The notes under the pieces were generated by a model. It was given only the letters and a program-made list of their open reading frames with translations. It had not been told where the DNA came from and did not search any database. Positions 28,210 to 37,846 of a stretch of 64,000 nt of DNA are shown here, piece by piece. The stretch lies in NCBI GenBank assembly GCA_049510745.1, contig JBEKYR010000016.1, positions 1 to 64,000 on the forward strand, in the 5' to 3' direction. Numbering within the stretch: position 1 is the first letter of the stretch; each line of letters starts with the position of its first letter. Source of the stretch: Verrucomicrobiota bacterium (lineage in GTDB: Bacteria > Verrucomicrobiota > Verrucomicrobiia > Limisphaerales > Palsa-1400). The translations under genes and the position numbers were made by a program.

Positions 28210-31149
28210 TTACGATTTGCGGGCAGGCCCCGGCTGGGGCGGTCCGGCCCCATTCCCTTTCCGCCTGCCGGCGGAGGGTTTGGCCGGGGGCGATTGCGGG
28301 AGGGGTTTGACGGGGCCGGGCGGGGCAGGGGATGGAGACGGAGACGGTTGCGGGGCTGAGGCCGGCGGGGCGACCGCGCGTGGCCGCGTCGCGACCAGGT
28401 ATCCGGCCAGGGCCAGGCCGGCGCCGAGAGCGCAGAGGCTGACGTAAAGGGGCTTCAAAGAAGGCTGAAAGCGAAAGTCCACCGTGTGGCTGCCCGGCGT
28501 GAGAAAGACGCCGCGCATGAGGTAATTGCAGCGCAGGATGGGGGCGGGCTTTTGATCGACCCATAGTTTCCAATCCGCGGCGATGCGGTCGTCGAGCAAG
28601 AGCACGGCCGGGGTTTTGACGTCGGCCTGGAGCCGGACGCGCTTGGGTTTGTATTGAGTGACGGCCACGGTTCCCGGATCAGCGGTTGGGGAGCCGGGGG
28701 CCTGGGCCAGCGGGGTTTCCCTGGACACCAGAACAGTTTGGGCCGGATCGAAAGTGCGGGAGGCCAGCGTTTGCAGCGTGGCGGAGTCGTTGGCCGGTGT
28801 CTGCCAGTTGGCGTAGAGTTTGGCGCGCGGAAGCGCGCCCGTAAATTCCATCAGCGCATATGCGCCTTTTTCGCCCAGTTCCACCGTCAGATCGCCCTGG
28901 TCGGTTGGCTGCGAAATACCCGGTTTGAGGCGGATGTCGAAGAGCGTTTGGATGCGGAAGCCGTGGTGGGAGGGATCGACCCGGTCGTTCAACATGTCCA
29001 CCGCATTGGCTGTGGCCAGGATGTAGCGGGTGTTGGTCAGTTGCCATAAGCGCATGGCCGGCCACAAGTCGGTGGTACGAATATCAGTGCCTTGCAGCTC
29101 GAAGGCCTTGAGGAAAGCCCGGTCCAGGTCGGGCAGGTGGGGCGCCTGGGCGAAGTCGAGGGTTTGGATATTGTGGCAAGGGAAATCATTTTGCAGCCAG
29201 AAGAAATACAGTTCGCCGAAGCCCTGGGTGATGCCGCTGCCGGGGCCTCTGGGTTCGAGCTTGCCGATGACGCGGTGCTCGTAGGGCTTGTCCTGGAGAA
29301 GGTCCACCACCGGGTTGAGCGAGTACTTCTCGGTGTAATCGTAATACCGGATCCAGGGAGCGTCGGCGCGCGCCAGATCGGCGATCATCAGCACGGCGAG
29401 GAAAATCCAAGCCGTCTTGGCGCTGGAACCGGTCCAGGCGCCGCTGAGGATGGCAATCAGCAGGAGAGCCGACAGGGTCAGATAAACGATAAACCAGACG
29501 ACGGCGCCCAGAGCGAACCCGGCGACTTGCGCCGCCAATGTCGAGGTGAAGTTTTGGTTCTCGAGGTAGGCGATCAGGGCAGTCTTGGAGTTTTGCAGGA
29601 GGAACCATCCCACGCCCGCCGCCGCGATGAGCAGGAGGCTGAAGAGCGTCCATTTCTTTTCAAATCCGGAAACCTTGGCCCACCAGAGAGGCAAATGGGT
29701 TGGGAGCGCCTCCGTGCGCCTGGCCGGGTTGCGCAAGTAACGGCGCCAGAGCACCTCCATGCCGTAGGCCGCCAGGATCACCCAGGCAATGTGAAAGGGG
29801 TGGAGGAATTTGATCGGGTTGCGCATGGTGGAGAAATACGGCAGGTGGTAGAGGAGGCGATAGAGAAAGCCGTATCGCCCCCACGCCGCCAGCAGCGAAA
29901 AGAGGGCGACGACGCCCCAAAACCCGACGGCCAGCCGTTCGGCCTTGGACAAGGGCGAGTTGGCGCGCCAGAGATTGGCCAGGGCAAAGATGGCCAGCAG
30001 AGACACCAGAGTGCCCGCGCATTCGCCGCTGCCCGAATAGCGCCAGAAAGCGCCACTTTTTTTGATTACCGTGACGGTGGCGTCCGTGCGGGTCTGGCGG
30101 TCGTCGGCGTTGAGAGCTTTGATCAGTTCCGGCGCGGCCCTCATGCCTGTCGCCGTTTCCTGCCGCACCTTGGCATCGGCGCCTTGCAGGAGAGGAATTC
30201 TGGGGTCTTGTCCAATCAGGCCCCAATAGGCGCTGGAATGGTCGCGTTGCGTGATATTCTGGCTGAGGCGATAGCCAAAGAGACCGGGCACAAAAATATC
30301 CAGGGTTTCCCATCTGGGCAGGCTCCATTGCGTGGCGGCGTTCCAGCGCTGTTGTTTGGTGGTGACGTCCTGCTCCATGGCCGCGACGCCTTCGATTTGA
30401 GTTTGAACGAGCGATGAGAGGGTGTGGGCGGCACAAAAGCCCGCGGAAAAGATAACCAAGACTTCCGAGACCATGGCCCGCAAGATTCTCTGACCGGGGG
30501 GAGATTCCTCCAGCAAAGCCCGAAACAGGATAAAAACACCGAGACAAACGCTGAGAATGGCGCCGAGATCGAACCCCTCCATCAAGCCCATGCCAACGGC
30601 CAGGCCGGCCAGAACGGCTTTGGCCCAGATTTGTTTAATGGATTTGGTCGAGAGGGCTGCCAGGGCCAGAAACGCCATGCCGGCGGCGATATTCCAACTG
30701 CCCAAACCCCAGCAGGCCACGGAAAAAAAGTGCATGTTCAGCCCCGCCGCCACCGCCCCCAGCGCGCAAACCGCGGGGTTGAATTGCAATTGCCGAAAGA
30801 AGACCCAGGCGGAGAAGCCGAGGAAGAACAGGGTGAAGGGCGCGTAGATTGATAAGAATAATTCCGGCGAAAGGACGGTTCGCATCAGTGCGGAAATGGT
30901 GGGTGAAGCAGCGGTGGTTTGGCCTCCCAGCCACGCCAGGTTGGCCCAGCATCCGGCAAACCGTTCCGGCAGGCGATTTTCCTCCGCCTTCAAAAAGCCC
31001 AGCGGAGTATCATTGGCAAAAAGAATCTGGTGCGGAGCAAAGCTGTTATGGAACAAAACGGCCAGGACGATCCCCAGCAATGCGGCCATCGGCCACCACT
31101 GGTTTGAGGTTGACCTGGAATTGGCCGGCCCGGCGGGTACTGCGCGCAT
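28210..31149 (-). CDS. YfhO-like polytopic membrane protein (putative GT-C glycosyltransferase)
   Basis: Many TM helices; LFAND, QWSLP..E, RNPIKF, LPRAKL, C-terminal W...VD....ILRCNYLMRGVFLTPGSHTV. Confidence 0.8.
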   Translation of the reverse strand: MRAVPAGPANSRSTSNQWWPMAALLGIVLAVLFHNSFAPHQILFANDTPLGFLKAEENRLPERFAGCWANLAWLGGQTTAASPTISALMRTVLSPELFLSIYAPFTLFFLGFSAWVFFRQLQFNPAVCALGAVAAGLNMHFFSVACWGLGSWNIAAGMAFLALAALSTKSIKQIWAKAVLAGLAVGMGLMEGFDLGAILSVCLGVFILFRALLEESPPGQRILRAMVSEVLVIFSAGFCAAHTLSSLVQTQIEGVAAMEQDVTTKQQRWNAATQWSLPRWETLDIFVPGLFGYRLSQNITQRDHSSAYWGLIGQDPRIPLLQGADAKVRQETATGMRAAPELIKALNADDRQTRTDATVTVIKKSGAFWRYSGSGECAGTLVSLLAIFALANLWRANSPLSKAERLAVGFWGVVALFSLLAAWGRYGFLYRLLYHLPYFSTMRNPIKFLHPFHIAWVILAAYGMEVLWRRYLRNPARRTEALPTHLPLWWAKVSGFEKKWTLFSLLLIAAAGVGWFLLQNSKTALIAYLENQNFTSTLAAQVAGFALGAVVWFIVYLTLSALLLIAILSGAWTGSSAKTAWIFLAVLMIADLARADAPWIRYYDYTEKYSLNPVVDLLQDKPYEHRVIGKLEPRGPGSGITQGFGELYFFWLQNDFPCHNIQTLDFAQAPHLPDLDRAFLKAFELQGTDIRTTDLWPAMRLWQLTNTRYILATANAVDMLNDRVDPSHHGFRIQTLFDIRLKPGISQPTDQGDLTVELGEKGAYALMEFTGALPRAKLYANWQTPANDSATLQTLASRTFDPAQTVLVSRETPLAQAPGSPTADPGTVAVTQYKPKRVRLQADVKTPAVLLLDDRIAADWKLWVDQKPAPILRCNYLMRGVFLTPGSHTVDFRFQPSLKPLYVSLCALGAGLALAGYLVATRPRAVAPPASAPQPSPSPSPAPPGPVKPLPQSPPAKPSAGRRKGNGAGPPQPGPARKS

Positions 31150-31164
31150 AGTGGTTCCGAACCG

Positions 31165-32301
31165 TTAAGTCGCCCTTGGCTTGGAGGCCATCGTTTCCAA
31201 ATTGGGATGCCCATATCGCAATTCGGCTTCCAGTGAAGCTTCACCGGGCGTCCGTGCCACCCCAAACGCCGCCGGGGACCGCCCCGCGCGGCGGTTGGCC
31301 CGCTCGATCAAATGCGCCGTATTCGCGCGAATAAACTCAATCGTGGACGCCTTCAACTCGACCGCTCCCGCGCCGCTGCATCCGTTGTCGCCCATGTCCC
31401 TGGCGTCGGTCGCCTTGAGCTTCTGGAACTCCATGTTGCAAGCCGCTCGTTCGAGCATTAAGCCGGTATGGGGCGCACCCAGCCATTGCAGGATTTCGCC
31501 CAAAATTCTCTTTGGGTCGGCCAAAAGCTGGTCATACGAGGCGAAATAAACCGGCGCCCCATTTTCCGCCGCGTCCAAATAGCCGGAAAGATGCTGAATC
31601 CATCCGGGCAGCGCTTCGCGACAGAACGCATTGATTTCGAATTGGTCGCCCGCCATCAGGCACTTTTCCATCACCAACTTTTCCCGCAAATGGTGGTGGT
31701 AGAGCGACACCAACGCATCTTCAGGCGAGCGGAACAAATAAAGATGGCGGCAACGCCGAAATGCCGGCTCAGTGCGATAGCGTTTGCCGCAAAACCTTTT
31801 CCCCAACTCTGCAAACGAATCGTGGGTCTTGAGCAAGACGCCGGGCGTGCGGACGGTCTTGTTGCGCGCGGCGACCAGGCTGCGGTAAAAGTCCGCGATA
31901 ATTTCATCCGGATGAATGTCTAATTTCGTCGTTGTGTCGATTCCCTGGTTTTGCAGAAACACATCCGAAAGAAGATATCGCGTCCATGTATTTCCCGAGC
32001 GGGGGAAGGAGGTGACAAACGTGATCGGCACTCCCTCGGCCAGCAGGTTCTTTATCTCGCGCGTATTATGCGCCTCAATGAACTTGAGGCGCAACAGCCG
32101 GCGCACCGGCGCCATCCCCTCGTTCAGGACACAGGGAATCCACCGCATCGTTTTGGGATTGAAGAGCAGCCGGAGAGCCATGCGAAAGCCTTCCCACATG
32201 AGCTTCAAAAAACTCGTCGCCGCCGCGGTCTGCGGCCTTGGCGAATCCTTTCCTTGATCGTTCTGCCTCACATGGAACCATTTCTCTTGAACATTCTCCA
32301 A
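31165..32301 (-). CDS. Sulfotransferase-domain protein
   Basis: 5'-PSB loop TSFPRSGNTW, KTH, 3'-PB RSPEDALVS. Confidence 0.85.
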   Translation of the reverse strand: MENVQEKWFHVRQNDQGKDSPRPQTAAATSFLKLMWEGFRMALRLLFNPKTMRWIPCVLNEGMAPVRRLLRLKFIEAHNTREIKNLLAEGVPITFVTSFPRSGNTWTRYLLSDVFLQNQGIDTTTKLDIHPDEIIADFYRSLVAARNKTVRTPGVLLKTHDSFAELGKRFCGKRYRTEPAFRRCRHLYLFRSPEDALVSLYHHHLREKLVMEKCLMAGDQFEINAFCREALPGWIQHLSGYLDAAENGAPVYFASYDQLLADPKRILGEILQWLGAPHTGLMLERAACNMEFQKLKATDARDMGDNGCSGAGAVELKASTIEFIRANTAHLIERANRRAGRSPAAFGVARTPGEASLEAELRYGHPNLETMASKPRAT

Positions 32302-32559
32302 GTTCTTGCGAAGGCCTCGAACACATGCCTGCCGGCACCGTTAAGGGTGCGCCTGCGGCACGGATGTGATGAGTGTCCTCGCACTTTGTGAGGTAATACC
32401 TTACAAATCTGGGCGGGGGTGTCAAGGGGTTTTCTTACCTATTTCATTGGCCCTGAACAGAAACCGCGTTTTGTGCGTTTTCTCCGGCGGAAGGGGCTGT
32501 GGCGGACCCGCCGCGCTGACTTGCTTGTTTGCGCGCCGGTTTCTGCCTACCTTGGGTGG

Positions 32560-33267
32560 ATGGCGAAACCCGATGCGATTGAGTTGCGGGACGGAACGGT
32601 CGTGCCAATCCTCTATGAGGACCGTTCCGTGCTGGCCATCGACAAACCGGCGGGGTGGATGCTCGCGCCGGCGGGCTGGGATCGGACCGCCCGGAATTTG
32701 CAACGGGCGCTCATGCTGTCCATACAGGCGGGGGAGTATTGGGCGCGCTCCCGGAACCTTAAATTCGTTCGCTTCATTCATCGGCTCGACGCGGAAACCA
32801 GCGGGGTGCTGTTGCTGGGCAGGAGTCTGGGAGCGGTGAGCGTTCTGAGCCGCCTTTTTGAAGCGCGACGCGTGCGCAAGAAGTATCTGGCCGTGGTGCG
32901 CGGCATCCCCAAGGAAACCAAATGGAGCTGCCGGCTGAAGATTTCCGCCGAGCCGGATGAAACAGGCCGGATGCGGGTCGATGAAAGGAATGGGAGGGAA
33001 GCGGCCACGGAGTTTCTGGTTCTGCGGCAGGGCCGGGACGCGGCCTTGATCGAAGTGGTGCCCGTGACGGGGCGGACGCATCAAATCCGTGTTCATCTGG
33101 CGGCGGCGGGGCATCCGGTGATGGGCGATGGCCTTTATGGAGGGAAGGGGCCGGAACTGGGGTTGCGCGCGGTGGAACTGGCCTACACCGACCCGTTTCA
33201 GAACCGGCCCGTGCGGGTGGCGGCGCCGGCGGAAGAGTTTCTGCGGCGGTTTCACTTTGCCTCTTGA
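32560..33267 (+). CDS. RluA-family pseudouridine synthase
   Basis: DKPAGW, HRLDAETSG, TGRTHQIRVHL, GHPVMGD. Confidence 0.93.
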   Translation: MAKPDAIELRDGTVVPILYEDRSVLAIDKPAGWMLAPAGWDRTARNLQRALMLSIQAGEYWARSRNLKFVRFIHRLDAETSGVLLLGRSLGAVSVLSRLFEARRVRKKYLAVVRGIPKETKWSCRLKISAEPDETGRMRVDERNGREAATEFLVLRQGRDAALIEVVPVTGRTHQIRVHLAAAGHPVMGDGLYGGKGPELGLRAVELAYTDPFQNRPVRVAAPAEEFLRRFHFAS

Positions 33268-33291
33268 ATTGGCGCGACGCTTGTACTACTG

Positions 33292-33321
33292 TGTCAACCA
33301 TGATTGGAGACTTGGTTGACG
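33292..33321. promoter_or_regulatory. BirA operator overlapping the bioB start codon
   Basis: TGTCAACC-N14-GGTTGACG; promoter TTGAAT(33264)-N17-TACTGT(33287). Confidence 0.8.
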
Positions 33322-34337
33322 CAAACATTCAGACCGAAATATCCGGCTTGACGCAGCGCGTCCTGGACGGCGGGGAGATTTCGCGGGAAGAGGCGCTCCG
33401 GCTGCTGGACCTGGAAAGCAGGGCGGACATTTTTGACTTGATGGCGGGCGCCAACCGGCTGCGGGAGCACTTCAAGGGCAACAAGATTCATCTCTGCTCG
33501 ATCGTCAACGCCAAGGCGGGCGCCTGCTCGGAGAATTGCAGTTTTTGCGCCCAATCTTCGCGCTACCAGACCGGCTCGCCCCAGTACGGATTCATCGACC
33601 CTGAACCGGTGGTTGATGCCGCCGAAGAGGCCAGCCGCAACGGCGTGACGGCGCTGGGACTGGTGGCGGCCTGGCGCGGCCTGAACGAAGGGCCGATGCT
33701 GGAGGAGGTCTGCGAGCGCATTCGCGAACTGGCGCAGAGCGGCAAGACGCGGCCGGACGCCTCGTTGGGGATCATTAAGAGCCAGCGGGTGGCGGATCGC
33801 TTGAAGGAAGCGGGCCTGGAATGCTACGGGCACAACCTGGAAAGCTCGAAGCGGTTTTTTCCCAGGCATTGCACGACGCACACTTACGAAGACCGGCTGA
33901 AAACGATCTTCCACCTGAAGAATGCGGGCATAAAAATCTGTTCCGGGGGCATCATCGGGATGGGCGAAACGCGGGAAGACCGCTGCGACCTGGCGTTCGC
34001 GCTCAAAGAGATAGGGGCCAACGTGGTGCCGGTGAACATTCTCAATCCGATCAAAGGCACGCCCTTCGAGAACAACGCGCCGCTGGCGCCCTTGGAGATA
34101 TTGAAGACGATTTCGTGTTTCCGCTTCATTTTGCCGCGGCAGGAAATCATGATCGCCGGGGGGCGGACGGTGAATTTGCGCGACGTGCAGAGCCTGGTTT
34201 TCGCCGCCGGCGCCAGCGCGTTGATGGTGGGCAATTATCTCACGACCCTCAATCAGCCTGTGGAAAAGGACCTGCAAATGCTCAAGGACCTCGGCCTGGA
34301 CCCGAGTTGGGACCATCACGGGTTTGCGGATCAATAG
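33300..34337 (+). CDS. bioB: Biotin synthase
   Basis: Radical SAM CSENCSFCAQS, HNLE, CSGGIIGMGE, VPVN, GNYLTT. Confidence 0.96.
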   Translation: MIGDLVDANIQTEISGLTQRVLDGGEISREEALRLLDLESRADIFDLMAGANRLREHFKGNKIHLCSIVNAKAGACSENCSFCAQSSRYQTGSPQYGFIDPEPVVDAAEEASRNGVTALGLVAAWRGLNEGPMLEEVCERIRELAQSGKTRPDASLGIIKSQRVADRLKEAGLECYGHNLESSKRFFPRHCTTHTYEDRLKTIFHLKNAGIKICSGGIIGMGETREDRCDLAFALKEIGANVVPVNILNPIKGTPFENNAPLAPLEILKTISCFRFILPRQEIMIAGGRTVNLRDVQSLVFAAGASALMVGNYLTTLNQPVEKDLQMLKDLGLDPSWDHHGFADQ

Positions 34338-34353
34338 GCACTCAATTGCCCTT

Positions 34354-35100
34354 GTGCAGCGTTCAGGCATAAATGTCGGCGGTTACCGGGGCGAGGGCAT
34401 TGACATCCAAAATGTCCTTCAAGGAGTCGAGCGCGCCATCGCGGGGAAGAATTGGGTGCGGGACGGAGAATTCCCGGCCTTGCGCCGTCTGACGCCGTCG
34501 TCCCGGAAGCGCCTTTATATATCGACGGGCATTCACGGGGACGAACCGGCCGGCCCGCTGGCGCTGTTGCAGTTGCTGGAAGAAGACCGCTGGCCCAAGG
34601 AGGCGGCCCTGTGGATTTGCCCCTGCCTGAATCCGACGGGTTTTCCGCTGAATCAGCGGGAGAATGCCCAGGGCATCGACTTGAACCGCGATTACCGGCA
34701 TTTCCGGTCGGCGGAGGCGCGGGCACACGCGGCCTGGCTGCAAGAGCAACCGCGCTTCGATCTGGCCCTTTGCCTGCACGAAGATTGGGAGGCGCACGGT
34801 TTCTACCTTTACGAATTGAATCCCGACGCGCGCCCGTCCCTTGCCGAAAAGTTGGTGGAAGCGGTCGCCAAAGTCTGCCCGATCGACCGTTCGCCGGTGA
34901 TCGAAGGGCGGGAGGCGCGCGACGGCATCATCCGCCCGAAGATCAACCTGGCCGAGCGGCCGCAATGGCCGGAAGCATTCTATTTGATCAGCCATAAGAC
35001 CCGCCTGAGCTACACACTGGAGGCTCCGTCCGATTTCCCATTAGCCACGCGCGTCGCGGCCCTGGTCACCGCGGTGCGGGCAGTGCTGGAATTGCCATGA
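34354..35100 (+). CDS. M14-family metallocarboxypeptidase (AstE/AspA-like)
   Basis: GIHGDEPAG, NPTG, DLNRDY, LHED, TLEAPS. Confidence 0.88.
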   Translation: MQRSGINVGGYRGEGIDIQNVLQGVERAIAGKNWVRDGEFPALRRLTPSSRKRLYISTGIHGDEPAGPLALLQLLEEDRWPKEAALWICPCLNPTGFPLNQRENAQGIDLNRDYRHFRSAEARAHAAWLQEQPRFDLALCLHEDWEAHGFYLYELNPDARPSLAEKLVEAVAKVCPIDRSPVIEGREARDGIIRPKINLAERPQWPEAFYLISHKTRLSYTLEAPSDFPLATRVAALVTAVRAVLELP

Positions 35101-35104
35101 ATCC

Positions 35105-35851
35105 GTGCCGTTGTTCAAACGAAAGCCGCGCGGGGCTGTCCAAACGTTGATGAAACAGTTCTTGTCGAAGCAACGCTGGGCGAATTATTGGCGGGAATCC
35201 AAATCGCTGGTGCTGACCGTCCTGATCCTGACGGCCGTGCGCTCGGCCATCGCGGATTGGAATGATGTGCCGTCCGGGTCGATGAACCCGACGATCGTTC
35301 AAGGCGACCGCGTGTTTGTCAACAAGCTGGCGTACGATTTGAAAGTGCCGTTCACCACCTGGCACGTCGCCCAATGGAGCAATCCCAAGCGGGGCGACAT
35401 CGTGGTGTTTTTTTCGCCCGTGGACGGCACGCGGCTGGTCAAGCGAGTGGTGGGCGTGCCGGGCGACCGGATCGAACTGGTCAACGACCGGCTGTTCCTC
35501 AACGGGCGCGCCGCACAATACGAGCCTTTGTCCGCCAGCGTGGGACGGGACGTTCCGCCGAGCGTCCACGGGCCGCGTTTTTTCGCGGCGGAGAAGACCG
35601 GGGAAAACCCCCGCCACGCGGTGACGGTGTTGCCGCTGGTGGCGGCGCGGCGGACGTTTGGCCCGGTGACGGTTCCCGGCGGGGAGTATTTCATGATGGG
35701 GGACAATCGTGATGACAGTTACGATTCGCGATTTTGGGGAGCGGTGGAACGCGAGCGCATCGTCGGGCGCGCGTCGCTGGTGGTGCTGTCTTTGGACCGG
35801 CAACATTATTACGCCCCGCGCTGGAACCGGTTTTTCACCGGATTATTTTAA
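35105..35851 (+). CDS. Signal peptidase I (stand-alone paralogue)
   Basis: VPSGSMNPT, LVKRVVGVPGD, MGDNRDDSYDSRFWG. Confidence 0.93.
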   Translation: MPLFKRKPRGAVQTLMKQFLSKQRWANYWRESKSLVLTVLILTAVRSAIADWNDVPSGSMNPTIVQGDRVFVNKLAYDLKVPFTTWHVAQWSNPKRGDIVVFFSPVDGTRLVKRVVGVPGDRIELVNDRLFLNGRAAQYEPLSASVGRDVPPSVHGPRFFAAEKTGENPRHAVTVLPLVAARRTFGPVTVPGGEYFMMGDNRDDSYDSRFWGAVERERIVGRASLVVLSLDRQHYYAPRWNRFFTGLF

Positions 35852-36793
35852 TTGACTGGCCAGCCGCCCGCCCAGACCCGCGGCGTCGGAAATGGGGGCG
35901 CGGGCGCGGGCGCGCCGGACCTGGGTTTGGAGAAAGGAGACGGCGCGCAAATCAATTTCCTTGCCGACAATCGTCGCATAGGCGCCGACGGGCGTCTGGC
36001 ATCCGCCGCCCATGGCGCGGAGGAAGGCCCGCTCGGCTGTGACACATTGAAAAGTCGCCTCGTCATTGAGTTCGTAACAAATCCGGGCGAGGCGTTCGTC
36101 GTCCGCGCGAATTTCCAGGCCGATCGCCGCCTGCCCGACGCACGGCAGCATCTCGTCCGGCTCGAGCATCGCCGCGAGCAAGCCGGGGGGCGCGCCGCCG
36201 CCCGTCAATTGGCCCGCGGTTGTGATGCAAAACCCCAAGCGGCCCAGACCGGCAGCGGCCAGAATGGTGGCGTCCATCTCTGGGTGCCCGGCCAGCTTGC
36301 GCAGGCGGGTGCCAACGTTGCCGCGAATTTCCATGATTTTGAAATCGGGCCGCGAGGCCAGCAGTTGGGCTTTGCGCCGGGTGCTGCTGGTGGCGACGGT
36401 CAGACCGGGCGGGAAGCCGGCCAGCGCAAGGCCCGGCGGGAGGGGGCTTTTATAGATCAGCACGTCGCGGACGTCGGCGCGCTTGCCGGCCACGGCCCCG
36501 AGGATCAAGCCCTGCGGCAAATCGGTCGGAAGGTCTTTGAGGCTGTGGACGGCCAGGTCGGCGCGATGCTTCAACAAGGCGGTTTCCAGTTCCTTGGTGA
36601 AAAGGCCCTTCGGCACGGCGGGATCGAGGCGCGTCATGGAGGCGGCCTGCAATTTGTCGCCGCTGGTTTTGATGATCTTCAACTCGAAGGGCAGGGCGGG
36701 AAAGGCGCGGCGGCACTGGGCCAGCACGGCGTTGGATTGAGCCAGGGCCAGCGGGCTGCCGCGGGTGGCGATGAGGATGGGTTTCTCTTTCAT
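35843..36793 (-). CDS. hemC: Hydroxymethylbilane synthase
   Basis: ATRGSPLALAQ, KGLFTKELE, VHSLKDLP, RGNVGTRL, GGGCQTP. Confidence 0.96.
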   Translation of the reverse strand: MKEKPILIATRGSPLALAQSNAVLAQCRRAFPALPFELKIIKTSGDKLQAASMTRLDPAVPKGLFTKELETALLKHRADLAVHSLKDLPTDLPQGLILGAVAGKRADVRDVLIYKSPLPPGLALAGFPPGLTVATSSTRRKAQLLASRPDFKIMEIRGNVGTRLRKLAGHPEMDATILAAAGLGRLGFCITTAGQLTGGGAPPGLLAAMLEPDEMLPCVGQAAIGLEIRADDERLARICYELNDEATFQCVTAERAFLRAMGGGCQTPVGAYATIVGKEIDLRAVSFLQTQVRRARARAPISDAAGLGGRLASQLK

Positions 36794-37845
36794 GCGCTTG
36801 CGGGCAAGTTGGTGTTGACATGCATGCACCCCTCCGGCGAAGAGAGTTTGAGGGAGCGGGCCTTTTCCCGGATAATGGCCTCGCAGCGGGCGATTTCCTC
36901 CTTGCGCTGTTGGAGATAATCGCCGGCGATGGCCTGCAAATCGTCGATGTTGTAGAGATAGACGTTTTCCAGGAAATTAACCGCCGGGTCGATGTCGCGC
37001 GGCACGGCGATGTCAATCAAAAGAATGGGGCGGTTTTTCCGCAGTTTCATCAGCGGCTCCAGCCGGGGGCGGTCGAGGATGTAATGGGGTGCGGCGGTGC
37101 TGCTGATGAGGATGTCGATGCCGGGGAATTCCGCGGCCCAATCCTCGAAGCGCACGGCGCGGCCGTCCAAGGCCCGCGCCAGTTCGACGGCGCGCTCGTG
37201 GGAGCGATTGGAGACGAGGATGCTGCGGGCGCCCCGGCTGAGCAAAGCGCGGGCGGTCTTCTCGCTGGTCTCGCCGGCGCCGACGACCATGACGGGATGG
37301 TCGCCCAGGGAACTGAAGAGCTTCTGCGCCAACTCAACCGCGACCGAGCTGACGGAGACGCTGCCGCGCTGGATGTTGGTTTCGGTGCGGATTTGCTTGG
37401 CGACATTAAAGGCCTTTTGAAAAGCCTTGTTGAGCTGGCTGCCGGTGTGTTTGTGGGCCAGAGCGGTTTCGTAGGCCTTTTTGAGTTGGCCGAGGATTTC
37501 CGTTTCGCCCAGCACCATCGAATCGAGGCCGGAGGCGACTTTGAACAAATGCTCGAGCGTTTGGCGGTCGCTGAAGGAGTAGATTTCCTCTCGGAGCGGT
37601 TCCTGGCAATGGTGGTGTTCGAGCAGGAAGCGGCGCAACTCGGCGGCGGCCTGGCGCTCCGGCAAAGCGGTCGCCGCGTAAATCTCGACGCGATTGCAGG
37701 TGGAGAGGATGACCGCTTCGCGGGCCAGGCCGGTGGCGCGCAGTTTTTGGAGCGCGGCGGGAATCGCCGCTTCGGCGAAGGCAAAGCGTTCCCGGACGGT
37801 GACGGGCGAGGAATGGTGGCTCAAGCCGATGACGATCAGGGGCAT
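36790..37845 (-). CDS. hemA: Glutamyl-tRNA reductase (short form)
   Basis: STCNRVE, GLDSMVLGETEILGQ, GAGE, DIAVPRD. Confidence 0.96.
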   Translation of the reverse strand: MPLIVIGLSHHSSPVTVRERFAFAEAAIPAALQKLRATGLAREAVILSTCNRVEIYAATALPERQAAAELRRFLLEHHHCQEPLREEIYSFSDRQTLEHLFKVASGLDSMVLGETEILGQLKKAYETALAHKHTGSQLNKAFQKAFNVAKQIRTETNIQRGSVSVSSVAVELAQKLFSSLGDHPVMVVGAGETSEKTARALLSRGARSILVSNRSHERAVELARALDGRAVRFEDWAAEFPGIDILISSTAAPHYILDRPRLEPLMKLRKNRPILLIDIAVPRDIDPAVNFLENVYLYNIDDLQAIAGDYLQQRKEEIARCEAIIREKARSLKLSSPEGCMHVNTNLPASA

Positions 37846-37846
37846 G

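Noticed and set aside
35105..35851. Second signal peptidase I as a novel system
   Set aside because: SPase I paralogues are common, and no dedicated substrate is evident nearby.
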